NCBI GenBank assembly: GCA_965644295.1
Contig: CBFFRP010000281.1
Coordinates: 62,001 to 126,000 of the forward strand
Direction: 5' to 3'
DNA from: Paraphysomonas bandaiensis
Taxonomy: Eukaryota; Protista; Chrysophyceae
Length of the DNA: 64,000 bases
The stretch's first letter is position 1. Each line of letters begins with the position of its first letter. Below, in pieces: positions 37,247 to 49,652 of this stretch. Position numbers and translations under genes: made by a program. The notes below the pieces were generated by a model, which saw nothing but the letters and a program-made list of their open reading frames with translations, was not told the DNA's origin and did no database searches.

Positions 37247-37864
37247 ATGAAAGATAGATATGGTAATCGCTTATTTTATGCGATGTTAAGTAATTATGCA
37301 TATACCGGATCACGTTTTGACTTACCTGATGATATAACACATCTTGAGAGTCGTACGATAGATCATATTAAGTTCGATTATTATGTGGATACGGATAACT
37401 GTTATTATTTAACTATTCGCGGAACTGATAATCTTGAAAATGTATTGTTAGATTACATGTTAATAAACGATTCAACATCTTTTATATCATCATTAAGATT
37501 GAATTTCGTGGTATTAAAGGCATTAAATATATTCGAGTCTAAGTATGGTGTATGTTCGGCTGCGACAGGTCACTCTTTAGGCGGCCTGGCATTAGAATAC
37601 CTACCAGAGCGCATTAAATGTGTTGCATTTAATGCTTTTAGAAATGGAAATCGAAAGAATATTTCATCAGTTAGAATGTGTGGTGACGTGGCTGGTTTCC
37701 ATACAGATCACTGGGTTTATAATCCTACTGAATCGAATGACCCTGTTACAGCACATGGAATTAATAATATGGTCAGAGCCCTCAACCATCGTGAATTTTT
37801 CTCACCTCTTCAAGGCCCAGTTGAATCTATAAAGTCGAATATTTCATCATTATTTAAGTTTTGA
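37247..37864 (+). CDS. Compact class-3 lipase / alpha-beta hydrolase (~205 aa)
   Basis: IRGTD oxyanion motif, TGHSLGG nucleophile elbow, candidate Asp (GDV) and His (AHGI). Intronless and AT-rich. Confidence 0.85.
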   Translation: MKDRYGNRLFYAMLSNYAYTGSRFDLPDDITHLESRTIDHIKFDYYVDTDNCYYLTIRGTDNLENVLLDYMLINDSTSFISSLRLNFVVLKALNIFESKYGVCSAATGHSLGGLALEYLPERIKCVAFNAFRNGNRKNISSVRMCGDVAGFHTDHWVYNPTESNDPVTAHGINNMVRALNHREFFSPLQGPVESIKSNISSLFKF

Positions 37865-38905
37865 ATATAAAAACACACGTTGCTCAACAAATTTCATGTT
37901 CTATTTTACCCAGGGCTTTATCCTGCGACGTAGTATTTATTTATTGGTCTTTATTTGAATCATGCATATAACTTCAAATGCTTTCGTGTAGCTCGTCACT
38001 GCCTACTTAGTAAGCAAAACTTCGCTGTCACTACGAATAGCAAAGGTATCGCTAACTGCTGTTTGTATTGTATTGTCCAATGTACAGATGTGGCGATCTA
38101 TCAGGATATTGTGCTCATTCTCACTCTTATGATCACTTTGTTCAAGAATACGACACATCAACAGATCTCCAGATGCTTGCATTCATACTATGGACCCAAG
38201 GCACCAATCTTTTAAGGAATAGAACCATCTTGTGCCTATACTGCAACCATGTGACGTACTATATATAAGATACTGATATGTGACTAGGTTCCTTACCTAC
38301 CATATCCTCTCTGAATGCAAGGCAAGAATCTAGATGAGTACAGTAACACTGTCACTTTATTATTGAGATAGAGAGATATAGTGTTCTTTGATTAATGATT
38401 TTCCTCTTATTGATTAAGAAATCGTATATACATGTATACATATACATATCGAATCAAACTGTAGAGTATATTAATAGGAATAGACCTAGACAAAATAATG
38501 GTAGCAACTTAGAGGTGTCTTTATTGCTGACTTGAAGGTAAATGCATACAGTCCCTGTGCAACTGTGCAGTGTACAACCTCCATTGATAGTGTACATCTT
38601 CCTCTATAAATAGGTGCGCCATAACCTTAAAATTTTAGTAAATAAACGCTTGTTACCTACGAAGCGCTTGGGTGAAAAACATTCAGTAAATAGCAGTACA
38701 GCGAAGACTGAAAGGGGCTATGATTAGTAATACTTCCCAATATTTTGAAGGAATCAAACTAAGAGACCCTTGTTTTCTTGCATGCTCGGTATACGTAAAA
38801 TATTAAAAGGTGCTCAGAATTTGGTTTTTAACTACCAACATTTAGATCAGTGTAACACAGATTACATTGACTATTACTGTATAACGATTAAAAGTCAATA
38901 TCTAT

Positions 38906-39090
38906 GTAGTAAATGTCTGTTTATTTAGCAATGGGCGTTAAAGAGTCAGAACCAGATTAGTAGCTAGATGATCAAACTAGTCAAGCATCTACCATTTACT
39001 AACTAGAGTTCAATATCTGATTATCATACCATTTAACGCTACGAGAACTGCTTGTGCATCGCCGCAAGCACCAAGCTGCGACTATTCTCG
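38906..39090 (-). mobile_element. 3' fragment of the non-LTR family (copy C)
   Basis: GTAGTAAATGTCTGTTTATTTAGCAATGGGCGTT...GCTTGTGCATCGCCGCAAGCACCAAG is colinear with 52293-52470. Confidence 0.75.
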
Positions 39091-39146
39091 CTATATTCAT
39101 AATTGTGTATGTAGGGGCTAAAATAGTGTGTGTATCACTAATCTAG

Positions 39147-40972
39147 AAATGTCCGACAACATAACACCACAATCAATTTCAACTTTGTTTTACCCAACCC
39201 AATGACTTTGATGCAGAAATTGTCAAAAATCGTATCCGCGACAATGAAAAGCATGACGGTCCAACTTGGGTCAGCATGCAAAGCAGCATGAAGGCTGGGA
39301 TGCCAAGGTCATGGAAGCTTTACGTGGAGCTGGTCCCATGGATTCTTATGTTGAAAGAAAAGTTTCTTCTTCCTCTCTTATTAATGCGTTCAGATGATTG
39401 GAGCAGATAATTATGGACAAAAGAATTCCCTAGTACTAGCCACCGCCTTGGTGCGGATGCGTACATGATTATGAATCAGACCTTCAAAAATGCTGTTGTG
39501 AAAGTCCACAGTGGATTGGAGGACGGACACTCTCACTCAACTTGAGTGACACAGCTCAAATGTTTTCTGTGGATAAAACTGATGAAGACGAGGAAAAAGA
39601 AGATGATGGTGTCGACCTCACTGACGAGAAGACACCGCGCGCAATAAAGCGACTACACACTCTACCAACAAACAAACAAACCAAGTACCGCTGCTGGAAG
39701 CATATTTACTCCACTACTAATAGTGTAGAAAGGCTTTTCAGTAGAGCAAAAATCAAGAGAGAGCAGCGGTTGCTAGAGATTTCGAATGAATGCAGAAGAA
39801 GCTGATTCACTGGATAGTGCCGTCGAAGTGGCAAATGTAAGAAACGATGCTGCTGCTTTTGAAAGCCATAGAGCCAACAAGAATTTACGACGACAGCTCT
39901 TGACACCAAGTACCGATCGAAAAAGCACATATTCAGTACAACAAATGCTGTGGAGCGTTTGTTCAGCAAAGCCAAGGTTTTCATGACACACTTGCGACAA
40001 GGAATAGCCCCACGACACCTTGAACTGCTGCTGTTTCTTTGCTTCAACAAACACTTGTGGACCGCAAAGACTGCGAAGGTAATCGATCATGGACCGTCTG
40101 ATCAGGACGAGAATAAGGACGACGGTGACTAGTTGCTGCATTGTTATTGGGTATTCGTCATTATATATTGTAACCTGCCGATCAACCTCATTTCTTCTTC
40201 TTAGCGCCCAATATATTGCAATATATTTAATAATTATTATTGGTCTTTAAAATTTTATTATTTATTTTCGCTGGCAATATATTGCAAATGGCAAATCCAT
40301 GGCACCTCATCGATTGGAGAGCTTTATGTTCTTGGGTTTTAATAGACTTCTGTGGAATGCTAGTTCAGTGAAGATGCTATTTGTAATGAGTAGCTAATTT
40401 AATGTAATGGGTAGACAATAATAGGCAATTAAATTGCAATAAGTGCAATTATAATCAGAGATAGGGAAAAATATATTGCAATACTATTGTTAGATAGCGT
40501 TCCATTAATAGTATTGATGGAATTTTTAAACCGGTCCTACAATACTATTGCAATATATAGCCATATATTAGTATGACTAATCAGCAGGTAAACACCTCCG
40601 TAGTTTTTAGCACTTGTCATTATAAGGTCTAAGGTCACTTGATAATCAGACCTACTACTGTTAAGTATTAAATGATTAAATGTTTCCTCATACTCATCCT
40701 CTGAGCCATCATCGGTGACATCATCATCACCATATTCATCCAATATTAATTGAAATATGCTTGCATCTGGTCACAACTGTCGGTTAGCTTTCAGAAACAA
40801 CAGCATACTAAGTGTAGTAGGATGCATATTGCAACATATTGTACAATGTATTGCAATACAACATATTGTTCCCTATCCCTGATTATAATTGCGCGAGCTA
40901 TTACTAATAATTGCAATTTAATTGGTCAAAAAGATTAGCAATTTAATAGCAAGTAATTGTTACACAGCCCTG
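39147..40972 (+). mobile_element. Degenerate hAT transposon (transposase pseudogene plus right TIR) containing nested hAT pieces
   Basis: Fragments CRNCQK (BED-like), FKNAVVKVHSGLE and KYRCWKHIYSTTNSVERLFSRAKI. A second hAT C-terminus (ERLFSKAKVFMTHLRQGIAPRHLELLLFLCFNKHLW) is inserted at ~39755-40289. The right TIR TAATTGTTACACAGCCCTG ends at 40972 and matches the 53820 end. Confidence 0.85.
40456..40881. mobile_element. Non-autonomous hAT MITE (CAGGGATAGG family) with 8-bp TSD
   Basis: TIRs CAGAGATAGGGAAAAATAT and ATATTGTTCCCTATCCCTG; TSD ATTATAAT at 40448-40455 and 40882-40889. Removing the element restores the sequence seen at ~53750-53795. Confidence 0.9.
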
Positions 40973-41223
40973 ATATCAGATCAGTGATTTCTACATCATA
41001 TTCATATAAAACCATGCAAATTATTTGAAATACACAAAGCTTTAAGCCGCGGTAGTCCATATTTATTTTACACGGGCAGGGCTACCAACATTACACATTA
41101 ACAACTATCCATACACGATATGTAATATCTCTATTCGTTGAACTAACTACGCATAATTGTTGTAGCTCTAAACTACCTTGAACTATGACAAACACTTTGC
41201 AGCAATTACACAGTTGAAACTAC

Positions 41224-42212
41224 CTATTGATTCGACTCACGGCTTTTACGCATTGCGGCTATGCGAATTTCGTGTTCCTGATTGTAAACACAAACGGCGA
41301 GTATAAGACTGAAACACAGAATCTACATTCAACTATATGCAACACATACCTTCCTGTCTTCCGGGCTCATAGGCTGTACCTCTGAGTATGCATTAGCACC
41401 ATAATAGTCGTGCTTTAAAATAAAACTAGGACCAAAATTAACTCTGACCTCGGCCTACGTAATTTAATGAATTAAAGCGACTCTAAACTAGAAGCTGTGA
41501 TGCAGTGAAGCACCCTATTACCTTGTTATAAAGTGATACCGCAGGAAAATAAACCCCACTAGGTAAATCTACCTTGCCACTATATGCATCTCCTTGATCG
41601 ACTCCATTCAGGAAAAAACGCATCTGATTGTACTCTGGGTGGGAATCATCTAGACTTAAGTAGCACCCAATAATGTCCCCTGGACCAAATGCAGTGGAGT
41701 AGCTATCATCACGAAGGCGGTTGTGTACCTTGGACCCTTCGAGATATATTAGCTGAGTTATTTAACAGAAGAATAGATATATTTACCTTTAGCACTGCAA
41801 AATCCGTAACTGTGGCCGTCATAACCCAAAGGTGCCTGAAGTTCTCCAAATCGAGTCGACCAACCAACTCGAACGAATGCATTCTCTCCTATAGGTGGCA
41901 TAATAACACACTCCCAGTAGTAGGGTCCGTTGTGTACGCCATGTGTTGCACGTGCCATTCTATACCCACCCTACAGATACAGGTTACAACAGATGATATG
42001 TTGATTAGATCATACACTACCGGGACACCACGAACTGATAATTGATCATAGGAAAGTAATAACTCAGACGCTCTATCTAGTCGAGACATAGCCACACTAG
42101 GGGGGATAAAGGACGACAGGTCCTTGGCTGAGAACTGGTCTAGACCATCCGTGTCGGAGGATGTAGATGCATCATGATTCATATCTTCTTCGTGCTTCGC
42201 TGATCTTTTCAT
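41224..42212 (-). CDS. ASH2L: ASH2L/Bre2/TRAUCO-like SPRY-domain protein (COMPASS subunit), multi-exon
   Basis: RATHGVHNGPYYWE, RVGWS..GELQAPLGYD, FGPGDIIGCYL, FFLNGVDQGDAY, YFPAVSLY and VRVNFGP motifs across GT-AG exons. Confidence 0.8.
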
Positions 42213-42808
42213 GGTTGTATGGATGTTAATAGTACTGTATGAGTTACTCAGTGACCTAACAACCCACGAAATGTACTGTACTTGTGTATCTCTGTACCTT
42301 TATACCACTGTACCTAACTACGGGGTATCGTAGTACGATTGTAGTGTATGTAGTGTGTATACAGCTGGACAGCAGCAGGGGCATATGGACCTGTACGCAG
42401 ACATCCTCCCACAGGAGTATGCCAAGCACTATGATCAACTACCTGCAGCAGCCCATGCCCACCGTGACACGGAGACAGCCAAAGGAGGTGGGTGGCCGTT
42501 GCCACGAAGAAGGGATACTGGAAGTAAGCTGACTGACTGACTGACCAGTCTGTTTGATCGACCGTGCGGTGTGTTGGATGCTTCTCTGCGGGCTGGTGCT
42601 GCACTTTTCAATATCTTCAAAGAAGTCCGGAGATGAAGGAGAATTTGGTGTAGGCTTTGGACAAATCCCACTGATGATATTTCTGATACACTTGTGATAT
42701 AATTCTTCCTTGCCTGGCTTGGGCAGCAGTAAGTCACGATATATGCCATTAAGAATCACGACTACAAATAAAACTACATTAATATAGTTAAATTCTATTA
42801 TCCATTTG

Positions 42809-42903
42809 AGGTGGTATACCCTAAAGGGTATATTTGTTTTTACAAGCTCCCACAATGATTGTATAAGTAAGCCGGTATACCCTTTTTTAGGGGTATACCA
42901 CCA
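42809..42903. repeat. Short inverted repeat / mini-MITE
   Basis: GGTGGTATACCCTAAAGGGTATA pairs with TATACCCTTTTTTAGGGGTATACCACC. Confidence 0.65.
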
Positions 42904-43240
42904 CACGTGGTCTTATTACTCTTCAACTACTAGTACGTAGGTAATAAAAGTAATATTATATTAACTGGATCTCAGCTTATTATCTCTTGACAACTCTGTT
43001 ACTATTGAAATATAGAAATATAGTAGTAGTTACTTGCTCTAGTACTACTATACTACTACATACTATACCATTATATACTAGAATATATTAGTATTTAGTA
43101 TACACTAGTGTACAATGAGATACTATATATTAGTTAGCTACTATATTGATTAGCTATCTAGTAGTCAAGCTAGCTATGAAATGAAACGGAACTGGATTCT
43201 AATTCAGTGTGCTAGTTTGTCTACAGAATGGCAAAAGCAG

Positions 43241-43430
43241 CAGGGATAGGAACAAACAATACATTATTCATTATTGCAATAATATATTGTGGGCAATAAT
43301 GTGTTATATCAATAATATTGCAATGCTTTTATTAAATGTCAGTCAACAATACCATTGCAAGTGCTTTGCGTAGTAGCCATTGGTATTATTTTAAAGTGTT
43401 CTTGGTAGAAATTGTAATTAGTAATACTTA
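43241..43430 (+). mobile_element. Left end of a CAGGGATAGG-family hAT element, truncated by the next element
   Basis: CAGGGATAGGAACAA terminus and ATTGCAAT subterminal motifs as in 40456-40881. Confidence 0.6.
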
Positions 43431-45159
43431 AGGGATGTATTTTTCGGCCTAGTCAATTTGGAGGAATTTCCTAGTCACACCAAAATTGGTGTAATAACCT
43501 AGTCAAAAGGTTGAAAAACCTAGTCATTAAATAACTAGATTTTTAATTTTGTCCTGCCTACTGCCTACTGATTTAAGTATTGGGATATATTATTCAACCT
43601 AGTCAATTTGGTGGACTTTCCTAGTCACTCCAAAATTGGTGTAATAACCTAGTCAAAGCAATAAATGACTCAACCTAGCCAATTATAGTATTAAACCTAG
43701 TCATGAATTGTACTCGCATATAGCTACGAATTACAGAAGCATGAGGTCATAGAAGGTGAATTAAAATCAATACAACATAGATCAGGCGAACACAAAGCTA
43801 AAGAGCAGTAATATAGTAAGATATAACAGCATGAGCAGGACTCCATCGCTCTCTCCAATGCTCAAGTAGGATTTTGTACACCATTCTTTCTCAACACAAT
43901 CTCCATAGATGTCCTTCAGTCGCCTTCAGAAACATTGATGAAACCTTGTACTCTGGGGGGGTCTATCAGCATCACTTAATTTAATAATATAACTATGAAT
44001 TATCATGCACAAGTGTGACAACAACACGCTACAACCTCTCACACACCAAACTACATACTGAAAACGACTGGTTTGGAAACCAAATCGCATCTTGAAAAGA
44101 TTTGCAGTTTGCTGGATGCTTCACAGCTGAAACATTCTGACTGTACAAGATACTTGCTCCATACCATACGAAGTATTAGTGGTTTAGAGGAGAGCATATA
44201 AACAACCATTCTAAGATTAAGTAATCTGATGTATTATAATAGCAATAATATACATATATCTATACATATATCCTTACCTATGGATTCTATGAGTCAGTGC
44301 TCAGAGGACGAAGTGTTGGTTAACGAGGTTGTGGACAGAACTCCGGATACATCTTCGGATCTTCCAAGTTCTTTGGAAAAGCGGCCGTATTTATTATCTT
44401 CAGACGAAGATACTGGGGATAAAATGATGACGACAGTGATTTCGATGAGATGTCAAATATCCCGTTTTTTACGCCGCCAAAGAAAAAAAGGGGTTTTGAG
44501 TGGAGAAAAATACAACAATCTCAGAAAAACACCCTCGAGCAAATTGTGAAGGGTCATTCCTGGTGCAGTCCTCTGAGGAATGGGGTGGTGAAGAAGTGTA
44601 TTATGCACCAAGACTGTGAGCACTTTCGGTACTCCGAGTGGCTTTTGTAAAAGTTGGAAATGTATGTCGGCATGAAACCTTCGCGGATTTTCTCATCGAC
44701 CTCGTCAATGATTTGAGGAGATATTCCCCTCGACTTGGGGACGTTTACATTGACGAGTGTACTATGTACACCTCGCTCGTACACTTCTCCTGTCTTGAGC
44801 ACTTTCACAAAGTGCTCACAGTCTTGGTGCATAACACACTTCTTCACCACCCCATTCCTCAGAGGACTGCACCAGGAATGACCCTTCACAATTTGCTCGA
44901 GGGTGTTTTTCTGAGATTGTTGTATTTTTCTCCACTCAAAACCCCTTTTTTTCTTTGGCGGCGTAAAAAACGGGATATTTGACATCTCATCGAAATCACT
45001 GTCGTCATCATTTTATCCCCAGTATCTTCGTCTGAAGATAATAAATACGGCCGCTTTTCCAAAGCAAGAACTTGGAAGATCCGAAGATGTATCCGGAGTT
45101 CTGTCCACAACCTCGTTAACCAACACTTCGTCCTCTGAGCACTGACTCATAGAATCCAT
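43431..45159 (-). mobile_element. Rearranged DNA transposon, probably Mutator-like (MULE)
   Basis: Terminus AGGGATGTATTTTTCGG followed by ~8 CCTAGTCA subterminal repeats (43448-43703). Decayed coding at 43800-44200. Minus-strand 5' coding from ATG 45159 includes KCVMHQDCEHFVKV...ERGVH...RGISPQIIDEVDEKIREGFMP, resembling the N-terminal zinc-binding region of MULE transposases. Superfamily assignment is inference. Confidence 0.6.
44280..45159. repeat. Long near-perfect inverted duplication (arms ~347/351 bp, spacer ~182 bp)
   Basis: 44280-44626 is the reverse complement of 44809-45159 apart from one 4-bp indel and one substitution that I could see. Mirror-image ORFs on both strands confirm it. 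Confidence 0.97.
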
Positions 45160-45717
45160 GTACTATCATGCACAACGGAATAGTTAGAAGTGTAACTGAT
45201 AATGACGACGTTATGATGACGATCACGTATCTTCGACAGATACTCTCTCTAATTCAGTTCATGGTATATTTCATTGAACATTATAACTCACAGATACAAT
45301 CATGTATTAAGCTGAATCCTAATACATATGCCCGAGGACATTATGTCAAATTCTTATTCTTCTTTACAATATGTTCCGTCATTTATACTATGCTACTATA
45401 GATTAGGTGATATTCATCACCCCACATGACTTGTGGATCTAACATTTGAGTTGGGTATTTAACAGTTTATTTCTTAGAACACTAGACGTATGTTAATGAA
45501 TAATTACAATAATTTTTAGATGCAATAAACCACTTTGCCTGTCATTTACTATCAGAGTCAAGTCACAAGTGTGAAGTGTAGCATCCAACAGATGTTGCCA
45601 CGTACTTGTTTATACTTTCGCATAACTTCAATTCTTTATCACAGATCACAACGCATAGTACAATATGAATTACAACAATGGAAACGTATATTACAACAAT
45701 GGAAACCACCGCTAACA

Positions 45718-46785
45718 TCAACATGCATTACATGTCTTCTGATAATATACTGTCATATCTTCTCCAGGAATCTCTTTGTTTTCAAGATCCCACGCCATTG
45801 GAAATCTCACTCGTACTGACTGATCGAACCGCGCAGAAAATACCTCCGTCCCATTCGCGAAGTTAGAAGGGTTGCAAAACCACTTGTCACAAGGGTTAGA
45901 TAGAGTTTCGCCTGGAGAAGCTGGAGATGCTTCAATAAAACGCCATCCGTGTTGTGCGTCCCAAACCTCAACCCAGTTATGATTGCCATTCTCTACCAAT
46001 CTATTCCATGCAGGGGTACCAGACAACCTAGCCGGAATTCCTACACTTCGTAGTGCATCGATATAGAATATACTCACACCAGTGCAACTGGCATATCCAT
46101 AAGCAAGTATCGACATGGGGTCATAGATAAGAGGTGTCTGGTTACTCATGAATGTAATATTCTTCTCAAATACACCCGACCAGAGCGCAGAGTTTATCAA
46201 CAGCGCAACATCGGATGCTGAATATTCTTCAATATCACCACCAGCAGTGGCAAGGATTGACTGTACTGCTTCAAGCATTAAAGGACGCCAGTTCGACCGT
46301 CCCTCATTGACATTGGCATACGGTATTACATATTCGAGAAACATATCCTTAGGTACCTCTGCTGCCCAGCGATACATCGATCGAACAGAAAGTGAGACAT
46401 TAACACCAACATTCGCTACTCCTTCATTTGGTTGTTGGCCTTGAACTTTAAATCCAAGACTTCCCTTATTAGTGGCATCGAATGAGGGTAGATTGATATC
46501 TGTGATCAGTATGAGTGAGTAATGATATATAACATCAATACATATACACATATATACACATGTATATAACATTTATACATATATAACATCAATACATATG
46601 TATATATTCATTTAATTACCTAAATAATTCATTGATTCAATAAATGCAACTGACATAGCAATACATTCATAGTTATTAGTGTGTGTGGGATAAGGGATAT
46701 ACCCCTCTATACATGGGCTAGTAAACCCCTCAATAGACTGTAACCCTATTAATATATAGCAACATAGTATTATAACAGGGAGCAT
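45718..46785 (-). CDS. Secreted transglutaminase-like superfamily protein, two exons
   Basis: Signal peptide in exon 1 (46785-46620). Exon 2 has FLEYVIPYANVNEGRSNWR, ASCTGVSIFYIDALRSVGIPAR and NHNWVEVW. Confidence 0.85.
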
Positions 46786-47131
46786 GTTAGATAAGAGAGT
46801 AGAGTGTTAGAAGAAGAGTTAGGTGTTGATTATATGTGGGAAGGCGTTAAGACGGTGATTATAGAGCCTTTATATCTATATATATGTACACATATCTCCA
46901 TCTAGAGAATCCCACTGCCGCCGCTGTACATGTACACGCAGTATACCTATATCTACAGTATATATATATACGGCATTTTTAGCCATTTTATGTTCAGTAT
47001 TCTCTTCCTACAATCATAAAAAACAGGCATTTTCAGCAGAGAAGGGTTTTGTTGTCAAAGAGCAGATTTCAGAAAAAATATTTTGGGAATATTAAATACT
47101 ATATATATGGATTGGAGACACCTTCTCAATC

Positions 47132-47302
47132 ATACTTACCTGTTCGCGGTTTGGGGCCGATCAAGCAAAGCCCTGGCCCCCCTTTGAGCAGGCCATTGCA
47201 CTGGCGCAAGCCTGAGGTGCTGTAATTTGGGGTGAACATCCTTCGGGGTGTCTCAGCGGAATAATTTTTGACAGCTGGAGACTGCGCTTGTCGCGTCTCC
47301 TT
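47132..47302 (+). ncRNA. U1: U1 spliceosomal snRNA
   Basis: 5' ATACTTACCTG, loop I GATCAAG, loop II CATTGCAC, Sm site ATAATTTTTG and terminal stem GGAGACTGCG...CGCGTCTCC; ~170 nt. Confidence 0.93.
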
Positions 47303-48100
47303 CACACATACATACTATATTCAAACATCTAACAGTTACTTACATTCGTCCAACAGTACACAAGCCAATAATGAACACTATTTCAATTCACATCATAAGA
47401 ATTTTATGTTAAACATAAATATGAAAACTTATATTCACCGTTACGTAGAGTACTGCAGTCCTTGTATATCAATGTGATATAACCACATGCGAGCACCGTA
47501 ACATAAGACTCCTCGACATTGGCACGCCCTACTTACTGTCCCATCTGACCACTAGATGCGTTATATATGATGAAAGGGTGCTGGGGATGGATTCTATTCT
47601 GTATCTCTTGTAGAGATTTGTGTGTAAATAACTTCGTACAATTCTCGAGAGCACGTAGCTAAGTACCAGCGAAACAATACATTCTGGTAATGTACAGAAT
47701 GCAAGCTATCAGACGTAATTTGTGCAGATCCTCTCGGTGAGCATCACAGATTACACAGCGAACGATGCTATTGTTTATAGGGCTGCATTTGTTAAGAGTG
47801 TTTTGTGTGTATAACACATGTTAACAAGAATAGTACATGATAATAATCGAACTAAAACATTGATTGCTATTTAAGTTGCAACAAAATCGCGTTATTTTCA
47901 CTAAATTTCACTCACTCAATAAAACTGAAATATCGTCGACTCAGCTATCGTATTAGTGATAGGTCCCATCGGCTCCCTCAGAGTGCATTAAACTGATATC
48001 AGCTACAACATATAGGCATGAGCATATTACTTTCAGCAGGAAGGGAAAGATATGTCAAATATACGTAGATTTTGAAAGTTGTGCACCATTAAGTATAGCA

Positions 48101-48990
48101 CTAACCGTTGCCTGAGTGAATGCTCTCTGCCCCGTCTGGATCTTCGGAATAGTACTCATGATCTCTCATCAGCTGCGCCTCAACATGATGTGGTATCCTA
48201 TACACGATGAATCCTCTTCGTAAATATTCCACATACTGTGCTGAGTGCTTGAAATCATCGTCCAAGGGAGTGTATCCATCCACAAGTCTCAACCATCGCA
48301 TGAAGGGAATGATTGTGCTCTCGAAGGGTGCATGATCAGGAAAAACAACTAAAGACTGTATGCAAGTTGCGGAGATGCGTCTCACCCATCCTCCGAAACC
48401 ATATTCCATCGCCTTGTGCTTCAGAACAGACCTCATGCCACGCTGACATACCTAAACATCTATATTAACTTCTAGGACGTACATATACAATACACATGCA
48501 GCCACCTGAAATCGAAATGAGTAGGTCTTGAGTTCTGTAGATTTGATCAGGCGCTTGAGATGGGAGGAATGCATATTATGGTGATGTAGTGGAGATTGAG
48601 GATTAGCAAGGGGCCTATCAGGTGCAGTGCTCGGTCGTGATGGTTGCTCTTAGTACTAATTACACAAGTATTGTTTATTAATGAATATTGGCATACCATA
48701 AGGATGAATTATGACCCCAGCTAGCACAGACGCATTGATCTCATCCAGTTCCAATACCCGTTGCAGGAAAGATGTCATCTCCGAGTTTGTTTTCCCTCGA
48801 CAGACAGCATATAGATCAGCTTCGTCATATATAGGTGATTCTTTTAATTTCGTAAGTATATGTTTACGTCGATGAGGTGGTACAGCAGTAATAATATTAT
48901 GAAAACTATATACATTATAATGTCAGATATAGTCATATAAAACACTTATTTGTACCTATCTTCTGATTCGTTTGATATATTCACAGACAT
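48101..48990 (-). CDS. Hypothetical protein with possible acylphosphatase-like C-terminal domain, four exons
   Basis: Exons join through GT-AG introns. YSFRFQ|VCQRGMRSVLKHKAMEYGFGGWVRR resembles acylphosphatase VQGVGFR...A...GL.GWV.N. Confidence 0.55.
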
Positions 48991-49652
48991 TCTTATTGTT
49001 TATTATTATTCGATTCGTTTGCTATGTATCTATATCTATATAATGATTATATATACCAATACACATGATGTTAATATATATATATATAATGTATATGTAT
49101 ATGTATGTATGTATGTTGACTTGCTTGGTGGGTTGAACTCAAGCACTTCTACTTGAAGTATATCATCTACGAGAGTGCTCTGTACATATATACAGTACAG
49201 TATCATGTAATCATATGTATAGACTAGGAAGCATGTATTCTCGAATCTCTTTATCTGAAATCTAGAAATATGGCTATAAGGTTTAAGCAATTTTTTAGTA
49301 TATAAAATGGGATAAAGATTTCATGGCCTAGATATCCGGATATTGGATATATATATGTGTTTTTATCGACATATCATGTGAATTTTATGGTACTGCTATA
49401 ATATCATGTTTTTTTATATATGAAAACAGCTGTAGGTATGGCTCTCTCTATATAACATATGTACATATACAGCAGTATACAGCAGCCCATACTGCACATG
49501 TGTATGTGTATAAGTGTGTATGTATTTGTATAGGATTGATAACAAACTGAACCTCTCACCATACATACATGTATATACACACCATTTACCTAACAATCTC
49601 TATATATAATCATATATAAACTAATCTCATTCATCTCATTCACTCTATCACA

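Noticed and set aside
42284-42760. Overlapping short ORFs, GC-richer patch
   Set aside because: No coherent gene model or recognisable domain; possibly a stray exon fragment.
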